Part shown: positions 37,828 through 50,580 of the stretch, in pieces
Position numbering within the stretch: the first letter of the stretch is position 1
Layout of the letters: every line of letters begins with the position of its first letter
NCBI GenBank assembly: GCA_977016875.1
Contig: CDRNST010000258.1
Location: 248,001-312,000, forward strand
DNA length: 64,000 nt
DNA from: Pavona decussata
Taxonomy: Eukaryota
Reading direction: 5' to 3'
Notes under the pieces: model-generated
Databases searched by the model: none
Told to the model about the DNA's origin: nothing
Seen by the model: only the letters and a program-made list of their open reading frames with translations
Made by a program: the position numbers and the translations under genes

Positions 37828-39814
37828 ATGTCTAAGGAACAAGATACTACCAGGTTAGTTATGTTTAGAGATGAATAATTTCATACTTTTAAATGTCGAT
37901 ACTGCTACCATAAGCAATAAATTTTAATCCATTTGTTTACTTTTCAGTGGCAGTGCTGCAGTGCTGCAGGTTTCTCGGTCTACAAAGTAAGTAAGAAGCT
38001 TATGTTTTCACTCTGTAATCTCTGGCACAGAAATAAGCAATTGTCTTTTAATGTACTCCAAGACTGTGCCTTGTATTACTGTATATCATACCTCACTTTA
38101 TTATTACTCAAATTTGGATCCATACAAAGATTCAGCAGCGGTTGTTTTTCAATGAACTTGACAAATTTTCAATGAAACATCAACTTTTTGATCAACCAGC
38201 AGTGTTTTTTTTGTTCATATCTTCATTTTTCAGCTGCGTTTGCGACCTTGAAATTAATGCAGTGGGAAAAGTTTGGCTCTGAAAATCTTCAAAGAACCCT
38301 TGATTACTAAATTTAGGCAGGAATTATGTACTGGTCAAATCTCCCCCTGACATACTGCGGGCATTTGACCTCTTTGCCTTCCCGGTGGTGGGGAATTTAA
38401 AACCTAGCCGCAATGTTATATGAAGTGTCACAGTGCTTGCACGAGGCATGATAAGTCATGGCGGAGTCGACGTGTCAATTTTGTCTGATTTAAAAGGGAA
38501 GAATTGTGTGCGGCGCCCCTATGCACAAGGTTAAATAATCTGAGTTTAGTCTATGATGTTTGAGATATTGTGTTCGTATTTCAATTATGTCCACAGCGTT
38601 TTTTCTTAGTTTTTATTACATTGGATGCAAATCAGTTGTTAATTTAAACTTTGGTTCGAGAACTGAAGGCGTGTCTGGCATCCTACATTTTTCCATGTGC
38701 GTGTGAAACTTGAGATACCACTTGCAAACACTGGCGGCGTTCTCGATTATGCTTTTACTCTAGAACTGAGCAATTTTTATCTCCATGTAATGTTATATAT
38801 GGCTTAAAAACTATATAAAATAGAATGGCTTATTTCCCCGGGATAGGGGCATTTGAACAGCTATTTGGCTCAGGGAGGGGGGAATTTGAACACTAATTTT
38901 CTAAAAATTCAAATGCCCAGGGAGGGGGATGTTGAAGCTTTGATTTGACTGGTACATTATATTGCAGTGCACAATGGGAAGGTTGGCTGTTTGACTGTTG
39001 AATGTACAACAGCTTCCTGTATTCTGAATGCCTGTATTTTCTATGGAATAGTATAAAATGCTGATATGGTAGGTAAGCGTATCTTACAAATGTGTTTGTG
39101 CCTCTTCTTTTTACCGTTAGTGCGCCATTTCGATGGACCAAAGCAACCAACTCACTTTTGTTACGTGAAGTTTTCACCGCTGAGCCGTTTATGTACAAAG
39201 TTGGCAGTAAAGAGGCTGGTCAGAAGTGGTCTCATGTGGCCGACAAACTAAAGTGGTACGACCATTTCAAAGACATGCCAAGGGATCAGCGAAGCGTGAG
39301 GGAGCACTTCAACAAGTTGTTAGCAGAGTACAAGCGAAAAAAGAACAAGGAAGAAAAAGGAAGTGGCATAACACCTGATCCACCAACCGAAAATGAACAG
39401 ATCCTTGAAGACATAATTGAGATGATGAATTCAGCACCAATCCGTGTGGAAGATTCTGACAGCAAAAAACAAGAAATCAAGAGGAAAGAGGCCCTTGTGT
39501 GCAGGGATAAAGCAATGACAACTTGGGCAAAGGCTGGAGGAAGTAATGAAGATTCAAATTCTGATTCAGATGAAGACACTGGCAATGATAGCAAGAAACC
39601 TGCTACTAAGAGAGGACGAAAAAGAAGAAGCCGCTCTGATGCCTTTCAGTATTTGGCAGAAAAAACTTCCAAAGAAGCAGAGGTTAAAAAGGAAGAAATG
39701 GAGTTACACCGACAACAGTTGCAACTTCAGGCTGAACAGATGAAACTGTTCATGCAAAGCCAGTCTAACACACAGAATCCTATTGTTGCACTTTTACAAA
39801 AAATTTCCCAGTAA
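37828..39814 (+). CDS. Harbinger accessory Myb/SANT(MADF)-like DNA-binding protein, spliced
   Basis: Exons 37828-37853, 37948-37986 and 39121-39814 join in frame: MSKEQDTTSGSAAVLQVSRSTNAPFRWTKATNSLLLREV...KWSHVADKL...RDQRSVREHFNKLL; then acidic tract, KRGRKRR NLS-like motif and Q-rich coiled-coil tail. Confidence 0.82.
38324..38959. mobile_element. MITE nested in intron 2 of the Harbinger Myb-like gene
   Basis: ttatgtactggtcaaatc ... gatttgactggtacatta imperfect TIRs; subterminal gggcatttga motifs. Confidence 0.7.
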
Positions 39815-40155
39815 CACTGTGTGACATTGTTGGCATTTGTTGTGTTTTGAGGTGTGTATTTTTCAGGGCCTTAATTCATTACTTTTTATAGTTTTCAAAA
39901 AGTAAACTTTCAAGCCCTTAATGGCAATTTGTAAGAGAAACAGTGCTTTTCTTCTCCACAAACTCCTTTATTCCATGCGGGGGAAATTTCAGGATTAAGG
40001 GTGAACAAACTGTTTCATGCATGGCATTTTTTACTGTTTCAAGTGTCATGTCATGGCCAGTTCCAGTTATTTACTGTTTACATGCATGTAGACATCAACT
40101 CAAATACAAAACTAACATTAAGTCACAACAAAGACCCTATCAAAAATGGCTGATA

Positions 40156-40287
40156 TTTTAATATTCTTTTGTCTGCATTCAAATTAGCGTCACTAGCCTT
40201 GTTCACGGTGAAATATTCTTTTGATTTTTGAACTCAAGAACGAGGTTAGTGAGGCTAATTTGAATGCAAACAAAAGAATATTAAAAT
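40156..40287. mobile_element. About 130-bp palindromic MITE between the two Harbinger 3' ends
   Basis: ttttaatattcttttgtctgcattcaaattagc / gctaatttgaatgcaaacaaaagaatattaaaa; homologous to 27688-27820. Confidence 0.75.
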
Positions 40288-40923
40288 GTGAGCCAGTTGT
40301 GCATAGGGTCTATGTTACATGTTATCCAAATTAAAGAGCTGTTTGAGTTCGGGAGTATAATTTTGCAAGGGTTAGATTCCATTGTTAAGGTAATCTTGAA
40401 AAACATGTTTGTATAATACTGAGGCAAATATATTGTATTTTTTGTGTTTGTACTTGTAAAATCTTTAATTCCCACCACCAGAATTCAACATCCCTTTCCT
40501 TTTCATCTCTTTATGCATTGGTGAGAAAATGGTACAATATCAAGAGAATTAAGCTTGGGTGCTGATAATATCCTACCTAATTCCATCTCTTTGATTGGAG
40601 TATTAGGGGAAATACCATGCTGCTAATAAACTTCCAGTTTATTGCTAGGTAGAAGTTAAGTAACTTAATTTATCTCACAATAACACAATCTAAAAAATTC
40701 ACTGTAAGATGAAAACAGGTCTCTTCACTCTCTTGATGCCTTTGAGGGTCACTTAACAACCTAAAGCTACTGAAATGCGACAGATTGGTTGGCAACCTCA
40801 CAGCACTGAATTGAAGACAAATGTGTTGTATAATAAAATCGAGTAATATTTGGTAACTGTCATGAAACTTCGAAATATCACATTTGTTTTTTCTTACTTC
40901 AAATTGGTATTAGGTATACATCT

Positions 40924-42020
40924 TCATGCTAAATAATTTTGAACAGTTGGTGGATCAAGTTGAAAGACCTTTGAAGTTGCGTTGCCATAAAGGCAGGTGA
41001 GAATGTTCCTGAAAAGTGCAGCAACAATGTATTGTTTACCAATAGCACTTAAACATAACTTTAAGTTTTGTTTAAAATCACTAAACTTAAAGTAATTTGA
41101 GACATCACCGAATAACCATTCCACAGATACTCTAACAGAGCTCATAGCTTCATTGAATGCCTGCATATCCGTGCTGTCAGAATGGGGACCTCTCCCAAAC
41201 GGTAAGGGGCCATTAAATGAGGGCGTAGCGGGTAAGCTGGATCCCCATACAGACACATCACTTCTCCTCTTGGACTGTAAGCGTCTCTCTCAAGAGTGTT
41301 CAACAGACCAGAGTCTTTCAACATTCCCGCGTCATGGCGCCGGCCCTCCACAGGGCCATAAAGATTGGCTATAAGACCATTAGATATTGCCACCGCTTGA
41401 AATTTAAGCGCATGTACGCGCTTGTGCCCATTGTAGACTACACGTTGTTTTTCACCTGGTCGACATATCGGTCTGACTGTCCCGTCAATAAATCCAAAAC
41501 AATAATTGGTAAGTGGACTTCCTTTTCTACTTATGGCATATGCGTATTCTTGAAGGTTAGCACTGGAGAGGAATGGCTGGTTCCAAGAGGTTAAGCGAAA
41601 ACCGTGTGTAATATAAACCCAGTCAAGTACCGTGTTTGCAATCATACACAATTCGGGCACTGGGCGAGCAAAAGTGGACATTAAATCAAAGAAGCGGCAT
41701 GGGTAGGCTAATCTCTTAAGAAGCAAACAAAGTCCCTCCATTCCATCACAAACAGTTCCTTGAGGACACTTAAAAGTTGCTGGAAAACCCAATGCATTCA
41801 GCAAAATTGGTAGATCATCCTTGGCCACCCTGAAGCTGGCTTCACACTCGCTTGAATCGAAGTCATCTAAACAAAATGAATCGAACTCCCAGTATGGACA
41901 AGATGGATTACTTGACAGGTAACAATCGTACAATATCAAAAATTCTTCATCATCGAGATAACCATCTGCATAAGCGATAACAAGAGCGTTTCTAAGTTCT
42001 TCGAACGACATTTTTTTCAT
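40924..42020 (-). pseudogene. HARBI1-like (DDE_Tnp_4) transposase with a single frameshift near 41170
   Basis: GFIDGT, YNGHKRVHALKFQ, GRRHDAGML, YGDPAYP in ORF 41142-42191; FNEAMSSVRVSVEWLFG...LYGNATS in ORF 40924-41256; HTH-like LLLKRLAYP upstream. Confidence 0.92.
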
Positions 42021-42257
42021 CCGTAGTCTAAAATCGCGTAGTCGCAATCTTAATGTCAAAATACACTTCGATTTTCGCGCCCTTTCAGGGTACTCGCGCC
42101 AGTCCACGATTTGTGTGGCCTGGCGCGTCCTACCGTAGCCAGTAGTCCGTAGTCGCCCTATCTTAAAGTCCTTATTCACTGAGGCGAGCACGCTACACCA
42201 TAAACTAAAAGAGTATAAATATCAATGTAAAATGTGGAATTGTTTGTGGACAGTTAA

Positions 42258-43041
42258 GGCTGGTTTCCATATGATCGCGGAGCGCAGATTGCGGATCGCA
42301 GATCGCAATGAGGTCTGTGATCGTCTGCGATCATATGGAAACATACTTCTGCGATCGTCTGCCTTCCTGCGATCACGATCGCAGACGATCGCAGGAGATA
42401 GAACCATGTTCTATCTCCTGCGATCGTCTGCGATAGTCTGCGATCTGATCATCCGCGATCAATTGCGATTGTGCGATCATATGGAAACCCAAGTTTTGCG
42501 ATCCGCGATCGAAACGCATCCCATAATATTTCGAGTTCTCTCCCACGATTCAACGCTCGTGTGTTCGATTGTAGGAACGGTCTACGTTATGAATGTGTTT
42601 ATTATCGCAGCCGCAAATATTTTAACAACAAGAAAAAAAAGGCCAGCTATTGGGACAAAATCGGGCAAAAGATTCATTTATCGGCCGAGAAAGCGGAGGC
42701 CAAATTTCTCCAACATAAGAACTGCATACGGTCGTTACCGAATCCAAAACCGATGTTTTCGACGGTTTTGGAGCTGGCGACGACTCGCTTAATCAAGACA
42801 AACAGAAGAAGTAAATTTGCTTGCAGCAAAATTTCCGCTCTTCCACGTTCGCGATGTTGTTTGCTTTTCAGCCTACACGCGAGTGTGTATTTGACGTTTT
42901 CGCTGACCAAACCGTATGCCTGCGGTCGGCTCTGCGATCGTTGCGATTATATGGAAACAGGCTTTTTTTGCGATTGTCCGCGATTTTTTGCGATCTGCGA
43001 TCTGCAATCTACGATCGTCTGTGATCATATGGAAACCAGCC
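42258..43041 (+). mobile_element. Non-autonomous Harbinger derivative with MADF remnant
   Basis: TIR GGCTGGTTTCCATATGATC; dense (G)CGATC subterminal repeats; internal RYECVYYRSRKYFNNKKKKASYWDKIGQKIHLSAEKAEAKF / NIRTAYGRY. Confidence 0.85.
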
Positions 43042-43279
43042 TCTAGAGGTGTATGGATGGCCGATCGTCCGCAATAAATTCTTTGTAAAATCTTTTCGTT
43101 AGTTTCTCGAAAACTATATAACAGATCAGGCTCAAATTTTCCCACAGTACTAAGTTTGCGATTCTTTTCCTTTCATTATTATTATTTTTTTTAATTTATT
43201 GAGTGCATTTATTTGTAGCTTGTTTTGTCATTTATGTATGCAAACGAGGCTGAACTTGTGAACAAACATCCTCCGTTAA

Positions 43280-44752
43280 GGTGGCTGGTACCAAGTTTTA
43301 GCTTTTTGACAGTTTATAACTTTGAAAGAATAGGACAAAAAAATAATCAAAACCAAGGCCATTATAACACTTTTGTAGGGTTAAATTCTATAATTTATAG
43401 TTGACCAAAATTAAGTGTTATTTCAGCACTGGCGGTTTCCATGGTAACGTTTTCAAAGGATTATTCAGACCTACTTTTTGGCTTGTGGCACTGATCATTA
43501 AGAAAATTAACCCGGTGACCCCCCCCCCCCCCCTTTTTTTTTTTTAGTAATAGCTTTTGGCATTTGAAAAGGAAAATGCACAATGATATTTAAAAAATTC
43601 TACGGAACGGATTTTTCTGTAAATTGGGATAAAAGACAATTTCTACGCAGTGAAAATTTCCTTCCGTAGAATTTTTTAATTTTTTTTTCTGATTTTTCCT
43701 CTCAATAATAATATCATATTGAAACAATAAAAAGAGGGGGTCACCGGGCATGTTTTTATGTAAAAGCCTTCGTGAGTTTAGTAATTCCCACGCACGTCTT
43801 CGCGCTTTCAAAATCTGGATTCTATAAGATCAATAGTTGCTCATGGTCTGTTCTGACTACCGCTGACTGTTGCGTGTGCTCTTGCGGGCTGCTACTCTTT
43901 GGTCAGTTGAGTCAGTTGATCTGCTGTTTTCAATTGTTTACTGCTTAGAAGATTACTTAGTGGCCGTTACAGCCTCCTGGACTCACCTTGAAGGATTTTC
44001 TCACAACGTCTGTCTAGATTAGCCGTGTGTTTTTTTTTTTTTTTCAAATAGCATCAAGCGAAAGTTTGTAATGGACCAAACTGCTTGCAGAACCCGTGTC
44101 AGTCGGTATTTCAGAATGTTGAGATCGCAAGACGTCTAAATTGTACAATGCTGAGCTTCTTTATTTGACATTTTCTCGGGAATTTGTCCTTATTTTTGCA
44201 AATGTTTTCGCCGAAGTGTACAACGATGGCGGCCAACATTCTCTTCGTCCGCGTGACTCGCGGTGTCCTCGCTAATGAAGTTGTCGGTAGATTAGGCAGG
44301 ATGGCGAGCAGTATCAGTTACAAATGTTGTGTAAAGTTTGTAAAGGTCGTCAGAAGAGTGGCTGTTGAGCACAAAAGAAACAAATTATAGAATGTGGCTA
44401 AGACGATCAAGCGAGATAATTTGTGGTAGTATGTCGGTTCTCCATTTTATAAACATTTTGCGAGTCCTTGAAGCTTCGTCACGATCGATCGCAGTTTTGC
44501 CTTTTAAACTTAACATTGAACACCAGAAACAATTTGTCTTGAACATAAGGAATTAACATAGGTCGTACTAGTAGATAAAGTCTCGGATATACGCGAAATT
44601 CATTTAAAACAGGACAAAGTAACCTAGCAGGAAAGAAGCCGCGCGCCGCCATATTTGTTTTGATTTTTAGTCCCTCTTTCTCGCGTGTCTTTCGCGCGTG
44701 ACGCACGATAGTCAGACCTGCTCCCCGCGCGAGGAAACTGGTACCAGCCTCC
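43280..44752. mobile_element. Non-autonomous TTAA element (Kolobok-like, RR...YY termini)
   Basis: TTAA|GGTGGCTGGTACCA ... TGGTACCAGCCTCC|TTAA. Confidence 0.82.
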
Positions 44753-47609
44753 TTAACTATATCACAGGACCAACTAGCGAACTATACAAACAACCAACTG
44801 CTAGTGTCCCAATATTTACTACATTACATTAGTTAGCACGAACGAAACTCCTACTTTGATGTGTTTATGATGATATTACGACGTCATTTTAGAAAGAACA
44901 TAGAAAAAAAAATCTCTTTACTTCAGTGACGAGACCTAAATAAATACAAAGTAGACAATATAGCAAAGAAGGAGACGTTACCGTGATATTTCGGGAAGGT
45001 TTATGGAGAGCGATGGTCTTCGATAGCGAAAACGTGAAAACATTTCTCACTAAAGAAAAATAAAAACCTAACCTAGGTTGGAAATTACAACACAAGAGAA
45101 GAAAATGGTAGCTAGTTTCGCAGACTACAGGAAAAAAGTACGTTTCTCACAATGGGACTGCGCGCCAAAAAATGTTCATTTACGGGATCTGATAATTCTG
45201 TCCACATGAGGACTCTCTCAGCCAGTACCACAACTTTTTTGCCCATATATCAGATAATATATTTAAAACAAATTAATTACGTGCTTAGAATAAATCTACT
45301 CCTCGAGTGTGTGGATTTTTCAGGAAGTGGTCAGCTCAATTTTCCAAGTAGTGCGCTTTTCTTTCAATGGGTGTGTAGATACTACATTCCGGTACTGCCG
45401 ATCGAGGGAAATGATTCTACAGAAGCTTTGGCAATGCTTCGAAAAAATGCTGAATTATAACACGTGCCTAGGCTGAGATACCAAATTTCCACAAAATGGG
45501 CTGAAATTCTTTCCGGAATCTCTCCAAAAAAGCTGTAAAATTCTGTCTAAAATTTCCAAAATTCCCGTAAATATATAACAAAAGTTTAATGAAGATAATT
45601 TATTAGCAAGAAAGAATGACTAATAACCATAAACAACAACAACTGAAGACACAGTTTATAACCAAAGCTGTCGAGATATTGATGAGCAGATTGTTCTGAG
45701 TAAGAAACCGCTGATTGCAGTGAAGACACTACTGTTAGGGTGAGTCCTCAAGTTGGTCAGTGGAAACGAAAAGTGTGTAAAATTTCAAATCGAGCAAAAA
45801 TTAACGCGATAATAACAAAAGGTGCCAAATTTAACGGAGACGTTATTTCAGTGAAGCCGAAAAGATCTCCACTAATTTAAGAAAGCTTTGAAATACCAAT
45901 GGCCAATGTTGTTGACTAATATTAAACGATTAAAGTCTGGAAATTTAAAAAGAGGGAACAGGGGAAGTCTCGTTTTCTGTGCACGGATAAAGATTATGGA
46001 CTCATATAATAGAATCAAACCAGTCTTGACCGAAATCCATGAGGCAGATGTTGAGATTTCCTCCTCTGAGAGCGACATGGACCATAAATATTGTAGAAAA
46101 TTTAGCCAAATTAATTTGTGAAAGATTCACTAAAATAAAGTACAAGGAAAAGGAAAGCTATTATTCTCTAGGTGTCAATACTGATGTCTGAATTGGATCC
46201 AGAATGTGCGATTAAGAGCGGCTTGCTGTAAATATCAACTATACCCATGCAAGATAGAAAAATTCGATTTTCTCAAACTTTGCCATATTAAAGGGCTTTG
46301 CTAACTTGTTACAAAAAATGAACTTTGAAGTTGTTTGGATTTGTATTTTCTTGTCGAGACGAGGTTTAGTAATTTCCTCTCACAGCGCCCGAAATCGGTC
46401 CTGAAATGGTCCTGAAATTACACTTATATCGAAGGTTCGCAAACCAAAACGGAAACCGTACCAGAAAAAGATGATGCATGCGATTTAGAGCTGTTAGGTC
46501 TTTATGAATTTCGATCCTAAATTTCTTATGGAATTTCTAAAATTATGCCTCGCGGAAGTATTGCGTGACGTTCAATTTTGGCAAGATTCGTGGGCAAAAA
46601 AATCGATCTGGTACATGGATTTACCTATCAAAACTATTAGTACCGCCAAAAGTATCATTTTATCTTAGCTTTTACCGAAAATGTAGCTTGGGTAAATGAA
46701 ACGGCAAATTGTGAGAGCGTGTTGAGAACAAGACACTCACGCTAATTGATTGGCATGTAGACCCGCCATGTCGCGAGTATTATCGCAGTTAATTTACATA
46801 AAAAAGTTCAACTCTGTGTTAAATGTACGTAAAAAGTCTTTTGTGTCCCTCAAATATCCGAGCGATACATTACATCCCACATGTAAGCCAATGCTAGTGC
46901 GAAACGACCATTTTTGTTACCAATTGTAAGTATAGCGGTTTCATAATTTGATTTGTTTACACAATGCCACAACCACATATCAGGTTATATAAACTGACAA
47001 ACATTTCTCGAAAACTTGTGTAATACAACTATTATTCCAACTTAAAGTATCATTTGTCTTAGCTTTTATCGAGAAACTAGCCTGGATAAATGAAATGACA
47101 AATTCTGCGAGCGTCTGCATTCTTCAAACCAAAGTGTTCAAGCTAGTTAGTTTTGACCTTCCACGCCGCGAGCACTTCCCACTATCGCAAAGAGCTATCC
47201 AAAAACTGTTAGATGGTGCATTAAATGATGTGTGATGCCAGTTTTTGTCTGTGTAAATCAATATCAAGGTCAAATGACCATTTTCGTAGTTTTATCTAAT
47301 GCTTATTTTAAATTGCGAACCCTAGGAATGCACGCAACATAATATCAGTTGATAAATCATTATCGACAAACAACTTGAGGAAAACTTATGATAAATACAG
47401 GAAACTCAATATCTTGAAGTACTTCTTACCTCAGTCGAGGTTATCTGTATAAGATAACGCAACACTTTACCAGATTTAGTCGATGCGTATAGGGAACATT
47501 CATTCAAATTCAAACCTGTTGCCTAGTTACACTATAACAGCGAGGCACAGGTTTCCCACGTATTTGTTACGCACTTTGCCCGATGTTATACTGCTGCCTT
47601 TCCCTCATA

Positions 47610-48120
47610 CAGTCGAACCTCCCCTTGCAACCACCCCTCGTAAGCGACCACCTCTCTTGAGCCAAAATTCCAAAATATCCCCAGTCAAATCACTATAGTT
47701 GGAACCTCTCGTAAGCGACCACCTCTTGTAAGCGACTGCGACCATTTTTAGAAATTTGTTTTTTTTACCACCCGTAAGCGACCACTTGTCACATACGCAA
47801 CAAAAGTCCTCATATCTATCCCCTGTCAGAAGTTGGACAATTTACCTCTGCAACATTATCACATGTACATTCTTGGGTAGTTCAGGGAACATGAATGTCA
47901 CAATTGGAGGTGTCCTGAAATAAACTTGTCCCATTCGCCGTATTGGGTAACTTATCGCAGGCGAACCATCACCTTGGATACTGAAATTATACTGGCAATA
48001 TAATTTTCTGAAAGTTGAAAAACGTTATTGTGGTCTGACCTCTCGTAAGCGACCACCACCCGTCAGAGACCACCTGCTCTTGACTTTTTGGATGGTCGCT
48101 TACAGGAGGTTTGCCTCCAG
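47610..48120. mobile_element. pogo/Tc1-mariner-type MITE
   Basis: TA|CAGTCGAACCTCC, repeated GTAAGCGACCACC, far end GGTCGCTTACAGGAGGTT (degenerate). Confidence 0.7.
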
Positions 48121-49085
48121 TAATATCAAATACCAACAGGAAAGGATTCTCAAGTAACTTGAATCCCACAGTTATACGTCCGAAGGATCGCAAACAACAA
48201 TTACTCCTGTAGCACGCGCTACACAATTAGCTACATCGGGCTGACTTTGGCGTCATTGTAACTGTTTCGCTAAGTAGCATCCTTTTTATTTTATTTTATT
48301 TTTTTCTGAGACATTGAAAACGATAAAATGGTGACGGACTGGGATAGGGTAATACCGCGTTCTCTGCTTAAGTGCGAACACCATGAACTCAGAGCAGCAG
48401 AGTTCTTTTTGTTAGAACGCCGTCCAACCCCAAACAGATCACGGTGCCTCGAAAAAATAGTCAGTTCAAGATGAGTTTTGTCGATATCAAACACTCCTGT
48501 AAGATAATAATAAAATAATAAATCTACCGCACTGAACGTTCCAGGCTAAAATTGGAAAATAGGGCGAAGTAATGACTCATATCAACTTTGCAAGCAAGTA
48601 ATAATCTCTAGCCTTTTAGAGAAGAACTTTGTTGTACAGTGAACTTTGGTGTAGTGGAAGATTTGCTTCTGCATGAAAACTGCAAACGTTTCATCCATCA
48701 CTCAGCTGTTCCACAACACTACGATCCATAGCCTAATCACGAGGACGCCCAGCCTGCCTTTAGGTACCAGGTCCCCGGAGGCTGTCTTCGAATCTCAGTA
48801 CTAACAGATATCTTCAATTACCCCCTCCTCCTCCTCCTCGAAGATTTTATTAAACAAATCGGTTGAAACTTATGGATTTAAGCCACATATTCGTCCAAAG
48901 ACGTGAAATGAAGATTGAAACGCGAAAAAAAGAAAGAAAGAAAGAAAGGAAGAAAGAAAGAAACAAAAAATGAAACAAAATAACAACGACAGAAACGTCA
49001 GCAGGGGTTGGGTTGGGAGAGCAGTAGGCTGGTGGGTACTCATTTATCTAACCTACAGAGTTTGCCAGAACCAATGTGACTGTTT

Positions 49086-50580
49086 AACAATTATTCGCCT
49101 CAGGCTCAGTAAATATTGGTGAATATTCGTCGAGGGGAATATTCACCAATATTTACTGAGCCTGAGGCGAATATTTGTTTTAGTATAATTGCTCAGGTGA
49201 TTATCAGAGAAAAACAAGAACCGTCTGGAAAATGTCAATTTTGCATGTTTGTTTGAACAGAGACGCGAAGTCTGTCGATCACATGCTCAATCAAAATCAC
49301 ATGCGCAATCGATAAACTGCACACGGCCTCAAGCAGATTGTCAGTATTCTTTAACTGCCGCTTCATTGAGACGAAGCGCTGACTTCTGTAAATAAATGCT
49401 GGGTTTCTCCGACCCGTTTACCAAAATAGATGGAGATGAACCAGGCTGTTTGGTGTTAAACTTGAGCCGGCATCACAAGTGTTAGCGATGGCATTTTATT
49501 GCACAATTTCCTGTTGACATGATGGCTTCGCCAGTTACGTTAACGGACGTTTATAAATTGCCCTCGGAGATAAGCTGCTTCAGGTAGGAATTAAGTCATT
49601 TATTGGCTTCACTAAACAAGTACACGGTTGTCGCAGATCAAATTTTTTTGTTGTGAGGCGGTGACTTTAGATGGTGGTCGAGAGCCGCTCGAACCGACAA
49701 CAAACTAGTTTTCAAATTATAAAAACGGTTTTCTTTTCTCGTCACTGAAACGTAAAACTTAGAGAGACATTTATTCATCTTGTTTACTTCCATGCTTTCA
49801 AATTCTGTCTTAAATTCGTTTTGTTTGTGAAATCATTCTGTTAAATAAAGAAAATCTTGCTCGAATTTAACTTAATTTGTTGTCTTCATTTTAAGTCATC
49901 GACATCGATAACATGCAATTTACCAGGGGTTTTTTTTATTACAATTTGCAAAATTTTCATATCTTGCCTTCGAAAAGTGTCACCTCGGACTTAGCTACAT
50001 CTTAAAGGGGAAGTATCACGCAAATTTGCTGTCATTTCAAAACCCAAAAAATGTTTTTCTGCTAGCAGAAACAACGAAATAATTGTCAAGTTTGTTATAA
50101 ATTATCACCCCAGCGCAATAAAACTGTTGATTAGTGCCTCTAGCCAGACACAGAGTAGGCCGGTATGGATTGAAACTTAAAAAAAAAATGGGGTAATGTT
50201 TATCAAGTTCTCGCATTTTTGTTTCCAAAATGCGCTAGAACAGATCACGAGTTGTTCCTTTCAAGAATTGAGTTGATTTCTTTCCTCTCATCATTCTAGA
50301 ATTACTTGGCAGCTGATTGAAGGTCTTATTTCATCATTTTTGACAAAATATATAAAAAACCCATGATACTTCCCCTTTAATAGTGCCTTTTGGAATTGCA
50401 TTTTCTGTCATCCTATTTACTTCTTCCTCAAAAACATCACCAAATCGCTGAGCGGCCATTTTGAAAGTTAGTGCTCCCGCTATAATCACCTCGCGCGAGG
50501 TAATTATAGCAGGATATGACGCAATCCTCGGCCAATCAGATCAAAAGAATCTCTACAATCACCTGAGTAATTATACTAAT
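49086..50580. mobile_element. Hairpin-ended element with asymmetric subterminal inverted repeat
   Basis: Perfect 37-bp stem 49092-49128/49137-49173; 49180-49202 matches 50557-50579 inverted (22/23). Confidence 0.8.
50006..50376. mobile_element. Kolobok-like MITE with TTAA TSD
   Basis: TTAA|AGGGGAAGTATCA ... TGATACTTCCCCT|TTAA. Confidence 0.88.

Larger units (their letters stand above)
37416..42172. mobile_element. PIF/Harbinger-like DNA transposon, about 4.76 kb, two convergent genes
   Basis: About 45-bp TIRs AGGACTTTAAGATAGG(A/G)CGACTACGGACTAC(-/T)GGCTACGGT(T/A)GGACG at both ends, flanked by TA on each side; encloses Myb/SANT-like and DDE transposase ORFs. Confidence 0.92.

Noticed and set aside
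39092-39120. Track start of the 240-aa ORF (MFVPLLFTVS)
   Set aside because: Non-ATG start within a polypyrimidine tract and AG acceptor; upstream exons supply the ATG in frame
42021-42191. N-terminal extension of the transposase ORF in the track
   Set aside because: Runs through the TIR and outside the element; the real start is likely ATG 42020 or 42011
42232-43145. Several overlapping 60-190 aa ORFs
   Set aside because: By-products of stop-poor CGATC repeats in a MITE; only the MADF remnant looks real
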